Shown: piece by piece, positions 8,751-19,675 of the stretch
How the letters are laid out: the number at the start of each line of letters is the position of its first letter
Position numbering within the stretch: position 1 is the first letter of the stretch
Source of the DNA: a virus
Lineage: Duplodnaviria > Caudoviricetes
IMG/VR virus record: IMGVR_UViG_3300023106_000155
Location: 1 to 54,946 of that record
Length of the DNA stretch: 54,946 bases
Direction: 5' to 3' (one strand)
Program-made: the position numbers and the translations under genes
Notes under the pieces: model-generated
Told to the model about the DNA's origin: nothing
What the model saw: only the letters and a program-made list of their open reading frames with translations
Database searches by the model: none

Positions 8751-10303
8751 TACATCACTTCTTGAAATGTTAAACCTATTAATCCGTAAGTTCCAGTATT
8801 TACACCTAAAGCCAAACAAACCGAATACCCTTTAGGGATTAGAACACCGCTAGTAACAGTATAGTCATAGTTTTGTGGTTGCATAACTGCTTCAAAGCAA
8901 TCTATTTTGTTTATCCATGTAGTTGTAGGTTTTTGCCGTGCAAAAACAGCAACCGCATTACCGACTCCAGACGTTACTCCGTAATTACTACTTCCTGTTA
9001 CAGAAATTAACGTCATATTAAAAGGCGCAACAAAGATGTTACCAACATTTGTTGTTACGGGAATAGTCGCCAAAGTAGTTGCTCCAGTTGATACTGAAAA
9101 AGCGGGTGTAGTTCCTAATTCTATTAAACCGTTAAAGTTTCCGGGATTACCGCCCGAATAGCGCATGTTAAAAGAATATGTCCTTTGCAAAAGCTTTGAA
9201 TCAACATAGTTTTTTACGCTATGCTCTGTTGGAAATTTGTCAATAGAATCTCCAAGTGGCCCATTTGATTTATTGCTCGCTAGTTCTCTTAACCCAACAG
9301 AAAAAGCCAAAGAATTTAAAGCGTTTTGCGCTTTTCCGAATGCAATTAAAATGCTATCTGTGCTAACTATTGGTCCTGAAATTGTTGTAAATCCTGATAA
9401 TAAAGTCGCCAAAACGCGAGCTGCTGTATGGTACTGTCTGCTTCCTTCTGGAACTACAGTAGTAGTCAATGTTTCCAGCTTGTAATTAGTGTAGTCGTTA
9501 GCGTTTTCTAATGCTTCATTCATTTTTTCCAAGACATAAGCTTCTGATACTCCTACAGGACCAGAAGTGTCGCTAGAAAATATAAGCGTCAAATCTGGAT
9601 TGACCATTTGACCGCTTTCGAAGCCATACATACCTGGCGCTCCTTTAAATTGGTAGAGATATTTGACATCGTCCAATGTTACTCTTACATAATAGATATA
9701 GCTTATTTCTTCAGTATCTTCATCATAGCTTACAGGCGGATTATTATTATTGATAAGGCTAAGAATGTCGGTTCCATATACTGTTCCGTAATCTCGAACA
9801 ATAGCATATGGCGCTGAAATTATCTCATCAGCAGTTTGTTCAGACGGATATATGCTAGGCAATTCGAAAAGCTTGGAATCGATGCTGTCTGAGCCGATAG
9901 GACTAAAATTACCTTTCCCCAATTTCCACAAAAAGAGCCTTTGCACGAACTGTTCAATCTCAGATCCATCTTCAATTGGCTGGAAGACTGAAAGAAAAAC
10001 AAGCTCATCAGATTCAACTAATATTCCAGTATTGTCGAGTATTTCCGCAAAAGTATTTGTATCAGAAATTACACCTAGCAAAACCTCTCTGACCTTATTG
10101 TTCTGGCTTTCGTTGCTAGCTGCTGCCAATAACTTTGATACAGTTAATGTCTCAGATAAGCCTTCAGTTGAAACGAGGATTTTGGAATCAGGGTTTACGT
10201 TTTCTTGAACTGGAAATTCATCAAACCTCTTACCGAGGCTGATCACATTCTGTAATTGAGTAGTAAGTCCTGCTACCTTATTTGCAAGCTGAGTAAAGTT
10301 CAT
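8750..10303 (-). CDS. Tail fibre / receptor-binding protein
   Basis: Position at end of tail module; VPEGSRQYHTAARV and STDSILIAFGKAQ fibre-shaft-like segments; beta-rich C-terminal head. Confidence 0.7.
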   Translation of the reverse strand: MNFTQLANKVAGLTTQLQNVISLGKRFDEFPVQENVNPDSKILVSTEGLSETLTVSKLLAAASNESQNNKVREVLLGVISDTNTFAEILDNTGILVESDELVFLSVFQPIEDGSEIEQFVQRLFLWKLGKGNFSPIGSDSIDSKLFELPSIYPSEQTADEIISAPYAIVRDYGTVYGTDILSLINNNNPPVSYDEDTEEISYIYYVRVTLDDVKYLYQFKGAPGMYGFESGQMVNPDLTLIFSSDTSGPVGVSEAYVLEKMNEALENANDYTNYKLETLTTTVVPEGSRQYHTAARVLATLLSGFTTISGPIVSTDSILIAFGKAQNALNSLAFSVGLRELASNKSNGPLGDSIDKFPTEHSVKNYVDSKLLQRTYSFNMRYSGGNPGNFNGLIELGTTPAFSVSTGATTLATIPVTTNVGNIFVAPFNMTLISVTGSSNYGVTSGVGNAVAVFARQKPTTTWINKIDCFEAVMQPQNYDYTVTSGVLIPKGYSVCLALGVNTGTYGLIGLTFQEVM

Positions 10304-10326
10304 TATATTCAGATATTTGTACTTGA

Positions 10327-10367
10327 CAAATGTAATAAATAATTCGTTATTTAGAATCGTTCTAAAT
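10327..10367 (-). promoter_or_regulatory. Tail fibre promoter (-7 TACATTTG) with Fur-box-like palindrome ATTTAGAATCGTTCTAAAT
   Basis: -7 at 10327..10334, box at 10349..10367; same geometry as 24541..24581. Confidence 0.65.
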
Positions 10368-10399
10368 TATTATGTAACTTATTTAGTTATTTTTGCTGT

Positions 10400-10645
10400 A
10401 TGGAATTCTTAGGATTATTATTTTTTGTATGTGTTGGCGGTGGATGGCTTTTTGGCAAATTAGCTGGAAATGTACTATTCCCAAAAAAGAAGGATCCTTT
10501 GGCTGACTTCCTAAAAAATTACAAAGAGCCTCCGGTGATAAATAATCATTATCACACGCATATTCATCATCATCAAAATTTGACAATCATTGATGATGAG
10601 ACAAAGAAGAAAGTATTGGAGTTGAACAATAAAAAAGCCACTTAA
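10400..10645 (+). CDS. Small membrane protein with His-rich tract (moron, opposite strand to tail genes)
   Basis: N-terminal TM, NNHYHTHIHHH; own -7 element TATTTTTG at 10388..10395 and its own terminator. Confidence 0.75.
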   Translation: MEFLGLLFFVCVGGGWLFGKLAGNVLFPKKKDPLADFLKNYKEPPVINNHYHTHIHHHQNLTIIDDETKKKVLELNNKKAT

Positions 10646-10660
10646 TAAAGTGGCTTTTTT
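10631..10660. terminator. Bidirectional terminator
   Basis: AAAAAAGCCACTT-AATA-AAGTGGCTTTTTT between convergent genes. Confidence 0.85.
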
Positions 10661-10663
10661 AAT

Positions 10664-12688
10664 TTAATATCTCACAAATCCATTAAGTCCAGATTCTATA
10701 AATCCGGGTACCTCAATCGGAGAAGCTCCATATCCAGAATCAATAACTCCAGATGAATTATAAACATTTCCGTTTTTAACCATCTTTGCTTTTAGAACAT
10801 AAAGATTTGATTCACCTAACGGACCTTCAGTATCGAAATCTCCATTTTTAGTATAACCAACTCCATCTATAAAAATGATTTCGTGAGAAAGAGCTTGACT
10901 TAATTTTCTCCAAAGTTCTTTGGTTAACGGCTCAAAAACAAACTCATCAACTTCATATAATTCAGCTTTCAAAAGTTTGGCGCTGGTATCAGTTTTATAA
11001 GTATCATTTTCTTCTTCTATCTGACCATTTACAACCGTATAAGGAATTCTTAAAATACCTTCAATTCCTGTTGCGTAAACGATATCTGTATTGGTTGAAT
11101 TCTTATACTTGATTTCCTTGGTATCTTCATGGCGAACTTTCACGCTTATTTTTTCACTCAAATATTCAATTAATGGAAATGAAGGATCCTCATTTTTTAA
11201 ACTCACTTGAAATTGCTGGTTTAAAAAATTAACCATGTCAATTTCAAACTCATAAATCTCATAATCGAATCTATTATAAATCGATTTTACATTTACTGAA
11301 GCATCAGCGCCAATATAATTGTCAGATATTATCAAAACATCAGCAAATTTGTTCTCATCAAAAACAATATCTTCTATTATAAACCAAGCCGTTCCAATAG
11401 TAAGATAATTTCCCGCCACCGCCCATTCTGGAAGGGAACCATTTAAAGTATAACTCCCGGTTACAACTCCAAGATCATAATCATAAGTGTTTCCCTGAAC
11501 AAAATATATCCCGGTTTTACCATTACCTAGGTTATAGCGCATCGCATCTCTTCTATCTTTCAATCCTATATTATTTGACAATTGAACCGTTGGAATCTCG
11601 ATAATTGAGCCATCCGTTTTTAGAACTTCAACTTTTCGGAAGGTATAATTTGATAAGAATTGAGTTTTAACAATATCAGCAGATTGAAATCGCTGCAATT
11701 CACAATGAGGAAGTTTTACATCTGATTCATAGCTCAAAGTATTCTCATCATTTTTATAATTCCCAGCGTCTCCCCAAACAATACGGTTTGCAAATCTTAT
11801 CGGCAAAGATTTTGAAATATAGAAGAATGGAGAATTCATGCCTGTTTGACCGATATGGAAATCCTGTGTTTTCACGCATCCATATTGATCTCTGATATGC
11901 ATTACATAATCTCCAGATGATAAGCCAGTGAAAGTATTAGATTCTTGCCACGTCATGCCATCTATTGAATATTCAACCTCCAAATTTTGGATAATACCAG
12001 ATGTCACAATAACCGTGGCCCCATTTGGCGAGTTATTTATTTCAATATTAGCTGAAAAGTAAAATCGCGGTGGCATCTGAATTTGCTGTTCAATAATTTC
12101 AGTTCCTTTTCTGACTTTGACAGTAAAAGTTTGACCTCTTGCAAATTCTACATAAAATGGATTTTGAATATTTGGATTGACTGGATTTGGCAATATTATT
12201 TCATCAGCCAAAGTTGTAGTCCTAATTTTTGCTTTTACATTCAAGCATGGATTTGTCGCCGGCTCAAACTCGACCTGCTGGAATCCAAAAAAGCTACCAG
12301 AATAATTGTTGATAAAAAACACCAAGCTTGGATGATTGTCATACTCAGCACCTCCCCCCGGCGTATCATTTACATAAAATGTCGTAATGCTACCTATATT
12401 TTCAGCTCTTATGGTTACGATGTTAGAAATTCTCGAAACTGTGTAAGCTCCAGCACTATCTAAATTGATAGATTCTACAAAATTAATTGCATCTCTTTCG
12501 CCAGGTGTAAGTGTTGGGCTTCCAGAAGTAACTTCAAAGCTCGAAGTCCTCATGTTCCTCCAATTCCAAATCATTGTATTTATCGACGGTGTACCAAAAC
12601 GGCCACCGTCATTTATTGAATCAAATCCGAGCTGTGCCCCAATTGGTAAATTTTCTGTAAAAGTAATCCTGATTATCGATGCTGCCAT
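10664..12688 (-). CDS. Tail/tip structural protein containing an SprB-repeat-like Ig domain
   Basis: Position in tail module; YSIDG..WQ.SN.F..L..G.Y....RD..GC motif. Confidence 0.7.
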   Translation of the reverse strand: MAASIIRITFTENLPIGAQLGFDSINDGGRFGTPSINTMIWNWRNMRTSSFEVTSGSPTLTPGERDAINFVESINLDSAGAYTVSRISNIVTIRAENIGSITTFYVNDTPGGGAEYDNHPSLVFFINNYSGSFFGFQQVEFEPATNPCLNVKAKIRTTTLADEIILPNPVNPNIQNPFYVEFARGQTFTVKVRKGTEIIEQQIQMPPRFYFSANIEINNSPNGATVIVTSGIIQNLEVEYSIDGMTWQESNTFTGLSSGDYVMHIRDQYGCVKTQDFHIGQTGMNSPFFYISKSLPIRFANRIVWGDAGNYKNDENTLSYESDVKLPHCELQRFQSADIVKTQFLSNYTFRKVEVLKTDGSIIEIPTVQLSNNIGLKDRRDAMRYNLGNGKTGIYFVQGNTYDYDLGVVTGSYTLNGSLPEWAVAGNYLTIGTAWFIIEDIVFDENKFADVLIISDNYIGADASVNVKSIYNRFDYEIYEFEIDMVNFLNQQFQVSLKNEDPSFPLIEYLSEKISVKVRHEDTKEIKYKNSTNTDIVYATGIEGILRIPYTVVNGQIEEENDTYKTDTSAKLLKAELYEVDEFVFEPLTKELWRKLSQALSHEIIFIDGVGYTKNGDFDTEGPLGESNLYVLKAKMVKNGNVYNSSGVIDSGYGASPIEVPGFIESGLNGFVRY

Positions 12689-12700
12689 GATATCTCTATT

Positions 12701-14929
12701 TTATCTGTTTGCTGTTAATAATTTCCATTGGCCTTTACCATTAGGCTTAAGGTTGAATAAAAAACCTTTTTCAATTTCGTTTTTCTCATTTATGAATTCT
12801 ACTAATCCGTAGAAGTTCTGAACTGTTTTACCAAGAATTACAGAAGACCCTTCTACTTGCCTCATTGTTTCAAAATCACATATATGTTCGAACTCTATCC
12901 ATTCAGGCTTAAATCTAGGACGTGGCAATTCTGAGTTAATAATATTTCCATTCTCTGAATATTGCAATCCTCCAATTAATTTTGTTTTCAATGCGCTATT
13001 GGCCGTTGAACTTCCATATCTTATATAATCTGTTGGATATTTAATCATTCCGGATGCGATAACCCAAGCATGTCGCAGAAACATATTAATTGGCGAAAAC
13101 CTCAAGTTTGTCGCAGTTTCTGGGCTAAATATACCAGATGGAGCCTCCATGAAATCATCCTGCCATTTTCTTTCTCTATAAAAATCCTCTACTGGATTCT
13201 TTTTCAAATCGTTGATAAATATGTGGTCATCGTATGCGGTATCTTCAGTATTATTTAAAGTTTCCGGCTTTCTTCTGGCAAACTCCTGCCCGTATTTATC
13301 TGCCCTATATTTTGATAATTGAGTATAGGTGTTTTTTACTCGATTGATAATCGTCGTAAAAGTTGATTTTGCGTTATACTCATCAAGTCCCATCGCTTCT
13401 TCATACTCCCCGCCTTGCATGTAGCCAAATTCTAGTGAAGAATAATAGTAATCTGCAGCGCAAGATCTCTTTACATTTTTAATTTGATTAGGCAATTTGA
13501 TTGTTGCATTGAAATTATAAAAATAAGATAGCGATTCAAGCCTTACCCTTTCTCTTCTGTTGATTGTCTCAATCCCCATACCCAGATTCCAAACTGCAGC
13601 ATATGATGACATGAAATCTTTGAAAGTAGTTGTAAGTGGCTTAAACAAGTTTACAACCTCAGGTGGCCCGACTGTAGGAACTGGCAATTTATCAAAACCA
13701 CGCACCCAAAAACCGTGAGTATTTCCGGTAAGCGCACCAGGTCCATTTATTGAATATCCGATATCTGTCCTTCCTAAAAATTCAGAATAAACAGCATCTT
13801 TCTGATTGGTGCAAATAGCAACAAGTCTTTCTGCCAATTCATGCGCCAAAACAAATTTTGATTTTGTCTGTTCATAGAAAGAATCTTCTTCAACAGTAAA
13901 CTTTCCTCCAAGATTGTCTATTGTCAAATAAAACCTTTCGCTTCCAGAAGTATTTTTCAAATCAGCTTTCATAAAGAATTCAATGGAAGCGCTTTCTCCT
14001 GATTCTAAAGTTATCATCTCATCAAAAGCAATTTCAAAGTTTCTTTGATTCACTCCCCACATTCCTCCATTAGCATCAGAATCAAATAATACCCTTCTAT
14101 CTTTAACGATAAAAGAACTGCCATCATAAAAGGTTGTTATGCTAACTTTAAAAAAAGCCCATTGCCAGTCACTTTCATTAACAACTGGCCTAAACTTGAA
14201 ACTATCTGACATAACACGCAAATTTCTCTGACGTTCTGCAATCGCAAAGAACATCATACCAGCCGTTCCTTGACCTTCTGAAGCATTGCTTCCTGGCAAA
14301 ATAGAATGCACTTCCTCATGGCTTCTGTTTACAAGCTGGAATGGAACTCCGGTTGTCATGCCGCGCGTATTTCCATCGCTAGATCTAACACCCATAAACT
14401 CATAGCGGGCCGTATCATTTATCTCCCACGTCGATTTCAAAAATATCCTCCTACCTTCCAAAAGCATCGTTTCTGTTTTGAGTTCTGGTAATGGCTTTCC
14501 GTCGATCGTAGTCAATCTGTCAATTTCCACATTTTCAGATTCTCTTGATTTCAAAGCTTGTTCTAAACCGCCTGAATTAAATTTTACAGAAACTTTTCCG
14601 TCTTGGATTTCTTTAGTTGATAAATCGAGATATCCAGAATAAACCACGACCCATACATCAGTTTGCGGATGCTTCTCGAATTTGGTAAGTTTCAAATCAG
14701 CTTGAACTCCATATAAATCATCAATCATATTTATGAAGTCGGCACCATTTCCAATATATTTCGCGTTATTGGAAAATTTAGCAATAACGCCATGATAATC
14801 CTTATTACGGGTATATTCTTTTTCATCACTATCCCATCCTTCAGGTTCATCTATTATCAGAGTACCTTCAATATTATGATAAAGCTCATATCGAACACGG
14901 TCTTTATATGCTGGATTTATTGTTCCCAT
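12701..14929 (-). CDS. Minor tail (tip/hub) protein
   Basis: 742 aa, immediately downstream of the tape measure gene. Confidence 0.65.
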   Translation of the reverse strand: MGTINPAYKDRVRYELYHNIEGTLIIDEPEGWDSDEKEYTRNKDYHGVIAKFSNNAKYIGNGADFINMIDDLYGVQADLKLTKFEKHPQTDVWVVVYSGYLDLSTKEIQDGKVSVKFNSGGLEQALKSRESENVEIDRLTTIDGKPLPELKTETMLLEGRRIFLKSTWEINDTARYEFMGVRSSDGNTRGMTTGVPFQLVNRSHEEVHSILPGSNASEGQGTAGMMFFAIAERQRNLRVMSDSFKFRPVVNESDWQWAFFKVSITTFYDGSSFIVKDRRVLFDSDANGGMWGVNQRNFEIAFDEMITLESGESASIEFFMKADLKNTSGSERFYLTIDNLGGKFTVEEDSFYEQTKSKFVLAHELAERLVAICTNQKDAVYSEFLGRTDIGYSINGPGALTGNTHGFWVRGFDKLPVPTVGPPEVVNLFKPLTTTFKDFMSSYAAVWNLGMGIETINRRERVRLESLSYFYNFNATIKLPNQIKNVKRSCAADYYYSSLEFGYMQGGEYEEAMGLDEYNAKSTFTTIINRVKNTYTQLSKYRADKYGQEFARRKPETLNNTEDTAYDDHIFINDLKKNPVEDFYRERKWQDDFMEAPSGIFSPETATNLRFSPINMFLRHAWVIASGMIKYPTDYIRYGSSTANSALKTKLIGGLQYSENGNIINSELPRPRFKPEWIEFEHICDFETMRQVEGSSVILGKTVQNFYGLVEFINEKNEIEKGFLFNLKPNGKGQWKLLTANR

Positions 14930-17900
14930 TATGCGTTCCAGTTAGTATTTTTATATTTCCAAAGCTCATGTCCCATATCGATTTTAAGCATGTTGTTTAC
15001 AGTGACATTTGTTTTGTTTTTTTCAATTGCTTTTCGAGTAAGAATCATTTCTTCCAAAAGCTCTTTACCATAAGTTTTTTCAAAAATCAAAGATGCTTGA
15101 TAATCGTTTGCCTTTGAATTTTCCATTTCCAATGAAGCCATAAAAGAAGCGCGCTGAAGCCTATTAAATTCCTTGACATTACTGTATACATTATCCCCTT
15201 TTTCTAAATAAGTCAATGTAGGCCTATTTGGAGTTAGGAAAGCACGGCCGTCAGCTTTTTGGATAACCTCGCTAACATATCCATCTCCTACTTCAGCAAA
15301 TTCAGCAGGCCCTCCAATACGTCCATCTTTATATTTTGGAATTGGTGTAGCTAATACTGCAGCAGTCTGAATACCCCCTAAAATACCAACCAATAAAGCG
15401 CCGGCATTACCTGCTATTGGTCCAAGCTGAGCATATGACTGCATTATACCTTGAGCAGTTGCAAATCCAATCTCTACGATCGAAAGAGCCTTATTCATTA
15501 TAGCCTGTTTGATCTGCTCTTTCCTTTTTTTATCTTCAAGCTTTTTTCTATCTTTTTCAGCCTGCTCTTCTAATAGTTTTTTCTGAGCAGCATCATTTCC
15601 AGCTAATTCAATCTGTCGATTATAAAACTCATCATTTCGTTGAATTTCATTGTCTATATTTTGAATTCTAGTTTCCATGACAGCATTTGCCAAATCCATT
15701 AGAGCACTCGCAACATTTTGAGATGCTTCTAAAACAGCTTCAGAAAATTCTGCTTCTCGTTGAGTTTTCTCATCTATGTTCTCAATGTAATTTTCCTTTT
15801 CTAGATTTGAATATTCAGTTTTAGCAGCTTGTAAATCCTCTGCAAGCTTCTTTCTGACTTCACCAGAAACCTGTTCTTTCGCTTCTTTAGCATCATTTGT
15901 AGCCAATTCGCTTTCGAGTCCATCTATCTGGATTTTTAAAGCATCTAGCGCAAATTTTTTCTTTATTTCAAGAATTTTATTTTCATGATCGAGAATTGCG
16001 CTTTCTCTATCGCGCATATTCATGGATTCTAAATCATTAGAAGCTTTGAATTTTTTATTTTCAAATTCTATAGCCTCATTAATCTGGCGTTCCTGTTCTG
16101 CTTTTGCTGAATCAATATTTTTCTGATAGACTGCAACCTGTGCATCAATAATTTTCTGTTGTTCCTCAGCGGTTCTTTTAGCTATAACAATTTTATCATT
16201 TTGCATTTTTTCATAAAATATCTTTTCAGCAGTGGTCATTTTTTCAACCGCTAACTGTTCAGATAATATCAGTTTTATTCTAGCATCTGCCCCTTTGATA
16301 TATATATTAAATTCATCTTTAGATAGCTTCTCTAAACCTTCTTTTTCAAGAGCCATTATCTTGAGCTTATGTTCTAAAGTTTCAGAAGACAGAGCTCGAT
16401 CAAACTGACTGTTTTCGTATAAAGCATCCATTTTTTCATCCAATGTAGATTTCTCATCTTTTAAAATATCATCATTGAATGCAGAGCTATATTTAAATCT
16501 GTTTTCACGCAATTGAAAGTCATCATTTTCAGCATTTTTTAAGCTATCAATATATTTTTTTCTAGCTCTCTCAATTGCAGCAATTTCAGCTTTGGACAAT
16601 TCAACTACTGCTTTTGTTTTTTTAGCTGATGATTCGGCGGTTTGATTGATAATTTCATTTAATGCTTTCATTGCACCATTTCCCGCAGAAATCTGTTTAT
16701 TATATTCACGGATGGCCTCATTATTTTTTTTAATCTTAAATTCAATTTCTTGATTTGGATCATTTGGATCATAACCAATAGAAAAAGGCTTTTCGTATGG
16801 TTTTTTTTGCTGAGTCAATTTATAATTTTCGAGTTCCAATTTTTTAGCAGCATTTGAATTTTCAGCTAAAAAAGCTTGAATTTCTTCTCTTCTAATTTTG
16901 GCTTTATCTTTTACAATTGCAGATTCTTGTTTAAAATTTATATCCACCGCCCTTAGCCTTTCTTCAAGTGCAGCTATTTCTTTCTGAGTTTCCTCTTTGG
17001 TTGATTTTGCAGATATTTTTTTTAATTTTTCAATGTTAATTAAAATCGTTTCTCTTTCATTTAGGGCCTGATTGATTTTTGAATTTATTGAGCTCTTTGT
17101 GTCATTGTAATACTTCTCAGAAATCTCTTGATTCAAAATTTTATTTTTGGAAGATGATGATGCAAACACAAATTTCCATGCAGAAACAGCCTCTCTCAGT
17201 TGAGCAATCAATGAACCAAAAACCCTTGTTACAGTTCCGTCTCCTGAATTTAATTCTCTAACAAAATCAACCCAAGTATTTGAAAGCCTAGAAGTCTCAG
17301 CATTTAAGCTTTCAACTCTATTTAAGTTCTCAACACCGTAAGCCTTTTCCAATTCCTTTGCAAATGCGGGAAGAACTTCGGCTGCCAATACTTTTCCATC
17401 TTTCAAAAGTTTATTAAGCTCCATTTCAGTAACTCCCATAGATCTAGCAAGAATTCCAAATGCTCCAGGCAATCTTTCTGCTAACTGACCACGTATTTCT
17501 TCAGCTTGAACATTGCCTTTTGAAATCATTTGTTGTAATGCAAGAAAAGCACCTTGTTGCTGATCAACAGATAACCCCATAGCTCCAGCAGCCTTTGATA
17601 CGCTTTCAAAAATTTCTTTTATTTGTTGAGCGCTGATTGCTCCAGAATCAATTGCATTTTGAGAAGCAGCCAAGAATCCTGTATATGATCTTGTCAAACC
17701 ATTTATTTCAATTCCGTAAGCTTCAGAAATTCTAATTAAAAACTCTTGAGATTCGGCAAATTCATCTTGCGTTCTGGTTACTTGTTTTAATGCCAGATCC
17801 AGTGCCTGAGTTTCTCTAGTAGTTTCAAATATGTTTCGAGTTATATTAGCAAATGCAGTAACTCCACCTACAATACCAAAAGCCCCCATTAGGTTGCTTA

Positions 17901-18552
17901 AATTACTTGAAAGTCCAGAAAAAGCAGATGAGTAATTGCCAATGTTTTTTGTATAATTCCGGATAGAAGCATCTACCTTTTTTACACGCGCATCAAGAGC
18001 ATCGAACTCTTTTTGAGCTTTCCTTATTTCAGCATTATTTCTAACTTCAGCACTTAATAAATTAGCCAAAGTCTTTTGAGCTTCATTTCTTCGAGCATTA
18101 AGTTTTTGATATGCTCCAACCATTCCCATTTTTTCAAGAATAGCCTGTTTCAAAACTTTATTAGCTTCTTGTTGCTGAATTCTTTCCTCTAATGTTAATC
18201 TGGTTGATGATTTTGTTTGCCTATCCTGCTGAGCTTGTAAAGCAAGCTCCTCTTTCATTGTTTGCAGTTTTGCCTTTTTCACTTTTTCAGCAGAAAGCAT
18301 TGCAGCTTCTTCTTTCTTGATAGCATCAATTGCTGTTTGCGTAGCAAGAGCCTCTTGCTGTTTTAAAGTTATAAATTCAGACTGCCCCTTGATTTTTGTG
18401 TACTGTGAGTATATAGTAAGAAGTTCTTTTGCTGATTTCAAAAGTTGATTTTGGGCACTTACTGCTTTTTTCATTTGTTTTGCATAATCATCACCCCATC
18501 GAAGAGCCTCATCTTCGATAATGTCTTTTCTAGTTATAGTGCCTTTTGCCAT
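14929..18552 (-). CDS. Tail tape measure protein
   Basis: 1207 aa, coiled coil, tape-measure domain (QMISKGNVQAEEIRGQLAERLPGA), C-terminal hydrophobic segment and PKYKDG motif. Confidence 0.92.
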   Translation of the reverse strand: MAKGTITRKDIIEDEALRWGDDYAKQMKKAVSAQNQLLKSAKELLTIYSQYTKIKGQSEFITLKQQEALATQTAIDAIKKEEAAMLSAEKVKKAKLQTMKEELALQAQQDRQTKSSTRLTLEERIQQQEANKVLKQAILEKMGMVGAYQKLNARRNEAQKTLANLLSAEVRNNAEIRKAQKEFDALDARVKKVDASIRNYTKNIGNYSSAFSGLSSNLSNLMGAFGIVGGVTAFANITRNIFETTRETQALDLALKQVTRTQDEFAESQEFLIRISEAYGIEINGLTRSYTGFLAASQNAIDSGAISAQQIKEIFESVSKAAGAMGLSVDQQQGAFLALQQMISKGNVQAEEIRGQLAERLPGAFGILARSMGVTEMELNKLLKDGKVLAAEVLPAFAKELEKAYGVENLNRVESLNAETSRLSNTWVDFVRELNSGDGTVTRVFGSLIAQLREAVSAWKFVFASSSSKNKILNQEISEKYYNDTKSSINSKINQALNERETILINIEKLKKISAKSTKEETQKEIAALEERLRAVDINFKQESAIVKDKAKIRREEIQAFLAENSNAAKKLELENYKLTQQKKPYEKPFSIGYDPNDPNQEIEFKIKKNNEAIREYNKQISAGNGAMKALNEIINQTAESSAKKTKAVVELSKAEIAAIERARKKYIDSLKNAENDDFQLRENRFKYSSAFNDDILKDEKSTLDEKMDALYENSQFDRALSSETLEHKLKIMALEKEGLEKLSKDEFNIYIKGADARIKLILSEQLAVEKMTTAEKIFYEKMQNDKIVIAKRTAEEQQKIIDAQVAVYQKNIDSAKAEQERQINEAIEFENKKFKASNDLESMNMRDRESAILDHENKILEIKKKFALDALKIQIDGLESELATNDAKEAKEQVSGEVRKKLAEDLQAAKTEYSNLEKENYIENIDEKTQREAEFSEAVLEASQNVASALMDLANAVMETRIQNIDNEIQRNDEFYNRQIELAGNDAAQKKLLEEQAEKDRKKLEDKKRKEQIKQAIMNKALSIVEIGFATAQGIMQSYAQLGPIAGNAGALLVGILGGIQTAAVLATPIPKYKDGRIGGPAEFAEVGDGYVSEVIQKADGRAFLTPNRPTLTYLEKGDNVYSNVKEFNRLQRASFMASLEMENSKANDYQASLIFEKTYGKELLEEMILTRKAIEKNKTNVTVNNMLKIDMGHELWKYKNTNWNA

Positions 18553-19148
18553 TATCCTCTAGATTTAGTTTTTTTATTATTTATTGGTGGAGTTTCTGAT
18601 GCCTTTATTTTCGACGCAACTTGCTTTTGCATGGATAAATACTTTAAGCACGAAAGTGTTTCAAAATCAAAGTCAATTCCTAGAATCGCAGAATAGCTTG
18701 ACAAAACATCATACAGACTGGTTTTTGGTTCCGTATTAGATTTAGGCAGCATCGATTTAAGGCTTTCAATTTTAACTAATAAACCTTCTGATTCTCTATC
18801 AATTCTTTCGATGTCGTCAAAATATGTAGATTGTTGAATTTTATAACCCCATTCACGAAGTTTGGCGACAAGCTCATTATTCCAGTCAAATTTTAGACAT
18901 TCTAAAATGACCTTTATAGTCTTGTGCTTGCATCTAAATGAATCTATTTCTTTTGTAAGCCTAAATATTTTTTTTGAATCTGAATTCTCACTCTTTTCTG
19001 AAAAAGAAACGGAAAGAGATTGCCATAAATCAGCTAGTACTTCGGGTTTTTCAATTTCACCTTCTTGAAGCAATAGGGTTAAATCGCCTCCATTAACAGA
19101 TATCTCTTCATAGATTACAATTGGAAGTTTTGCGAGTGTATTGTACAT
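18552..19148 (-). CDS. Probable tail assembly chaperone
   Basis: Helical protein directly upstream of the tape measure gene. Confidence 0.5.
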   Translation of the reverse strand: MYNTLAKLPIVIYEEISVNGGDLTLLLQEGEIEKPEVLADLWQSLSVSFSEKSENSDSKKIFRLTKEIDSFRCKHKTIKVILECLKFDWNNELVAKLREWGYKIQQSTYFDDIERIDRESEGLLVKIESLKSMLPKSNTEPKTSLYDVLSSYSAILGIDFDFETLSCLKYLSMQKQVASKIKASETPPINNKKTKSRG

Positions 19149-19606
19149 TATACTTCAAGTATTTTTCGTGAATTTTCAATTATAAATGGTAATATCTTCG
19201 ATCTAATAACTTCTTCTAAATGTTTATCTGAAAGCCCAAATAAATCTCTTGACAACCACGGGTTTTGTGGATTTGTTGAAAGGATTATATCATTTTTAGG
19301 ATCCTTTGAACTGATTCCAATTTCACCTGATTTCTGATACATATAGAATCCATTAAACCAATCTTCTGTGTCTACACCAGTAAAAGGCTCACCGGCTTTT
19401 TTCTTGCCTCCACTCATTACCTCAGTAGCTTCAGAATAAAAACCAATAGCTTTTCCATGTATATCTTTGCTTTCAATCTCAATTTGATTTTTATTTAAAT
19501 CAATGATAAAACTCTCTAGTTTCCGTATATACATAAACATATCTGTTTCAATTCTTCTAGGTTTTATTTTATTCGCTTTTTCGATCTGCTCGTGAAATGA
19601 AGCCAT
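19148..19606 (-). CDS. Probable neck/tail completion protein
   Basis: Position in morphogenesis module; DTEDWFNGF and LFGLS motifs reminiscent of virion morphogenesis proteins. Confidence 0.5.
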   Translation of the reverse strand: MASFHEQIEKANKIKPRRIETDMFMYIRKLESFIIDLNKNQIEIESKDIHGKAIGFYSEATEVMSGGKKKAGEPFTGVDTEDWFNGFYMYQKSGEIGISSKDPKNDIILSTNPQNPWLSRDLFGLSDKHLEEVIRSKILPFIIENSRKILEV

Positions 19607-19619
19607 CTGGATAAGGTTT

Positions 19620-19656
19620 AAAAAAAATGGCAGACAGATTGACCTGCTGCCATTTT
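19620..19656 (-). terminator. Intrinsic terminator after the head/major tail block
   Basis: AAAATGGCAG / CTGCCATTTT stem with T tract on - strand. Confidence 0.75.
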
Positions 19657-19675
19657 ATATTATTAAAAACGTGTA

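Noticed and set aside
8750-9200. Diversity-generating retroelement target in the tail fibre tip
   Set aside because: No reverse transcriptase and no TR/VR repeat pair seen in the window
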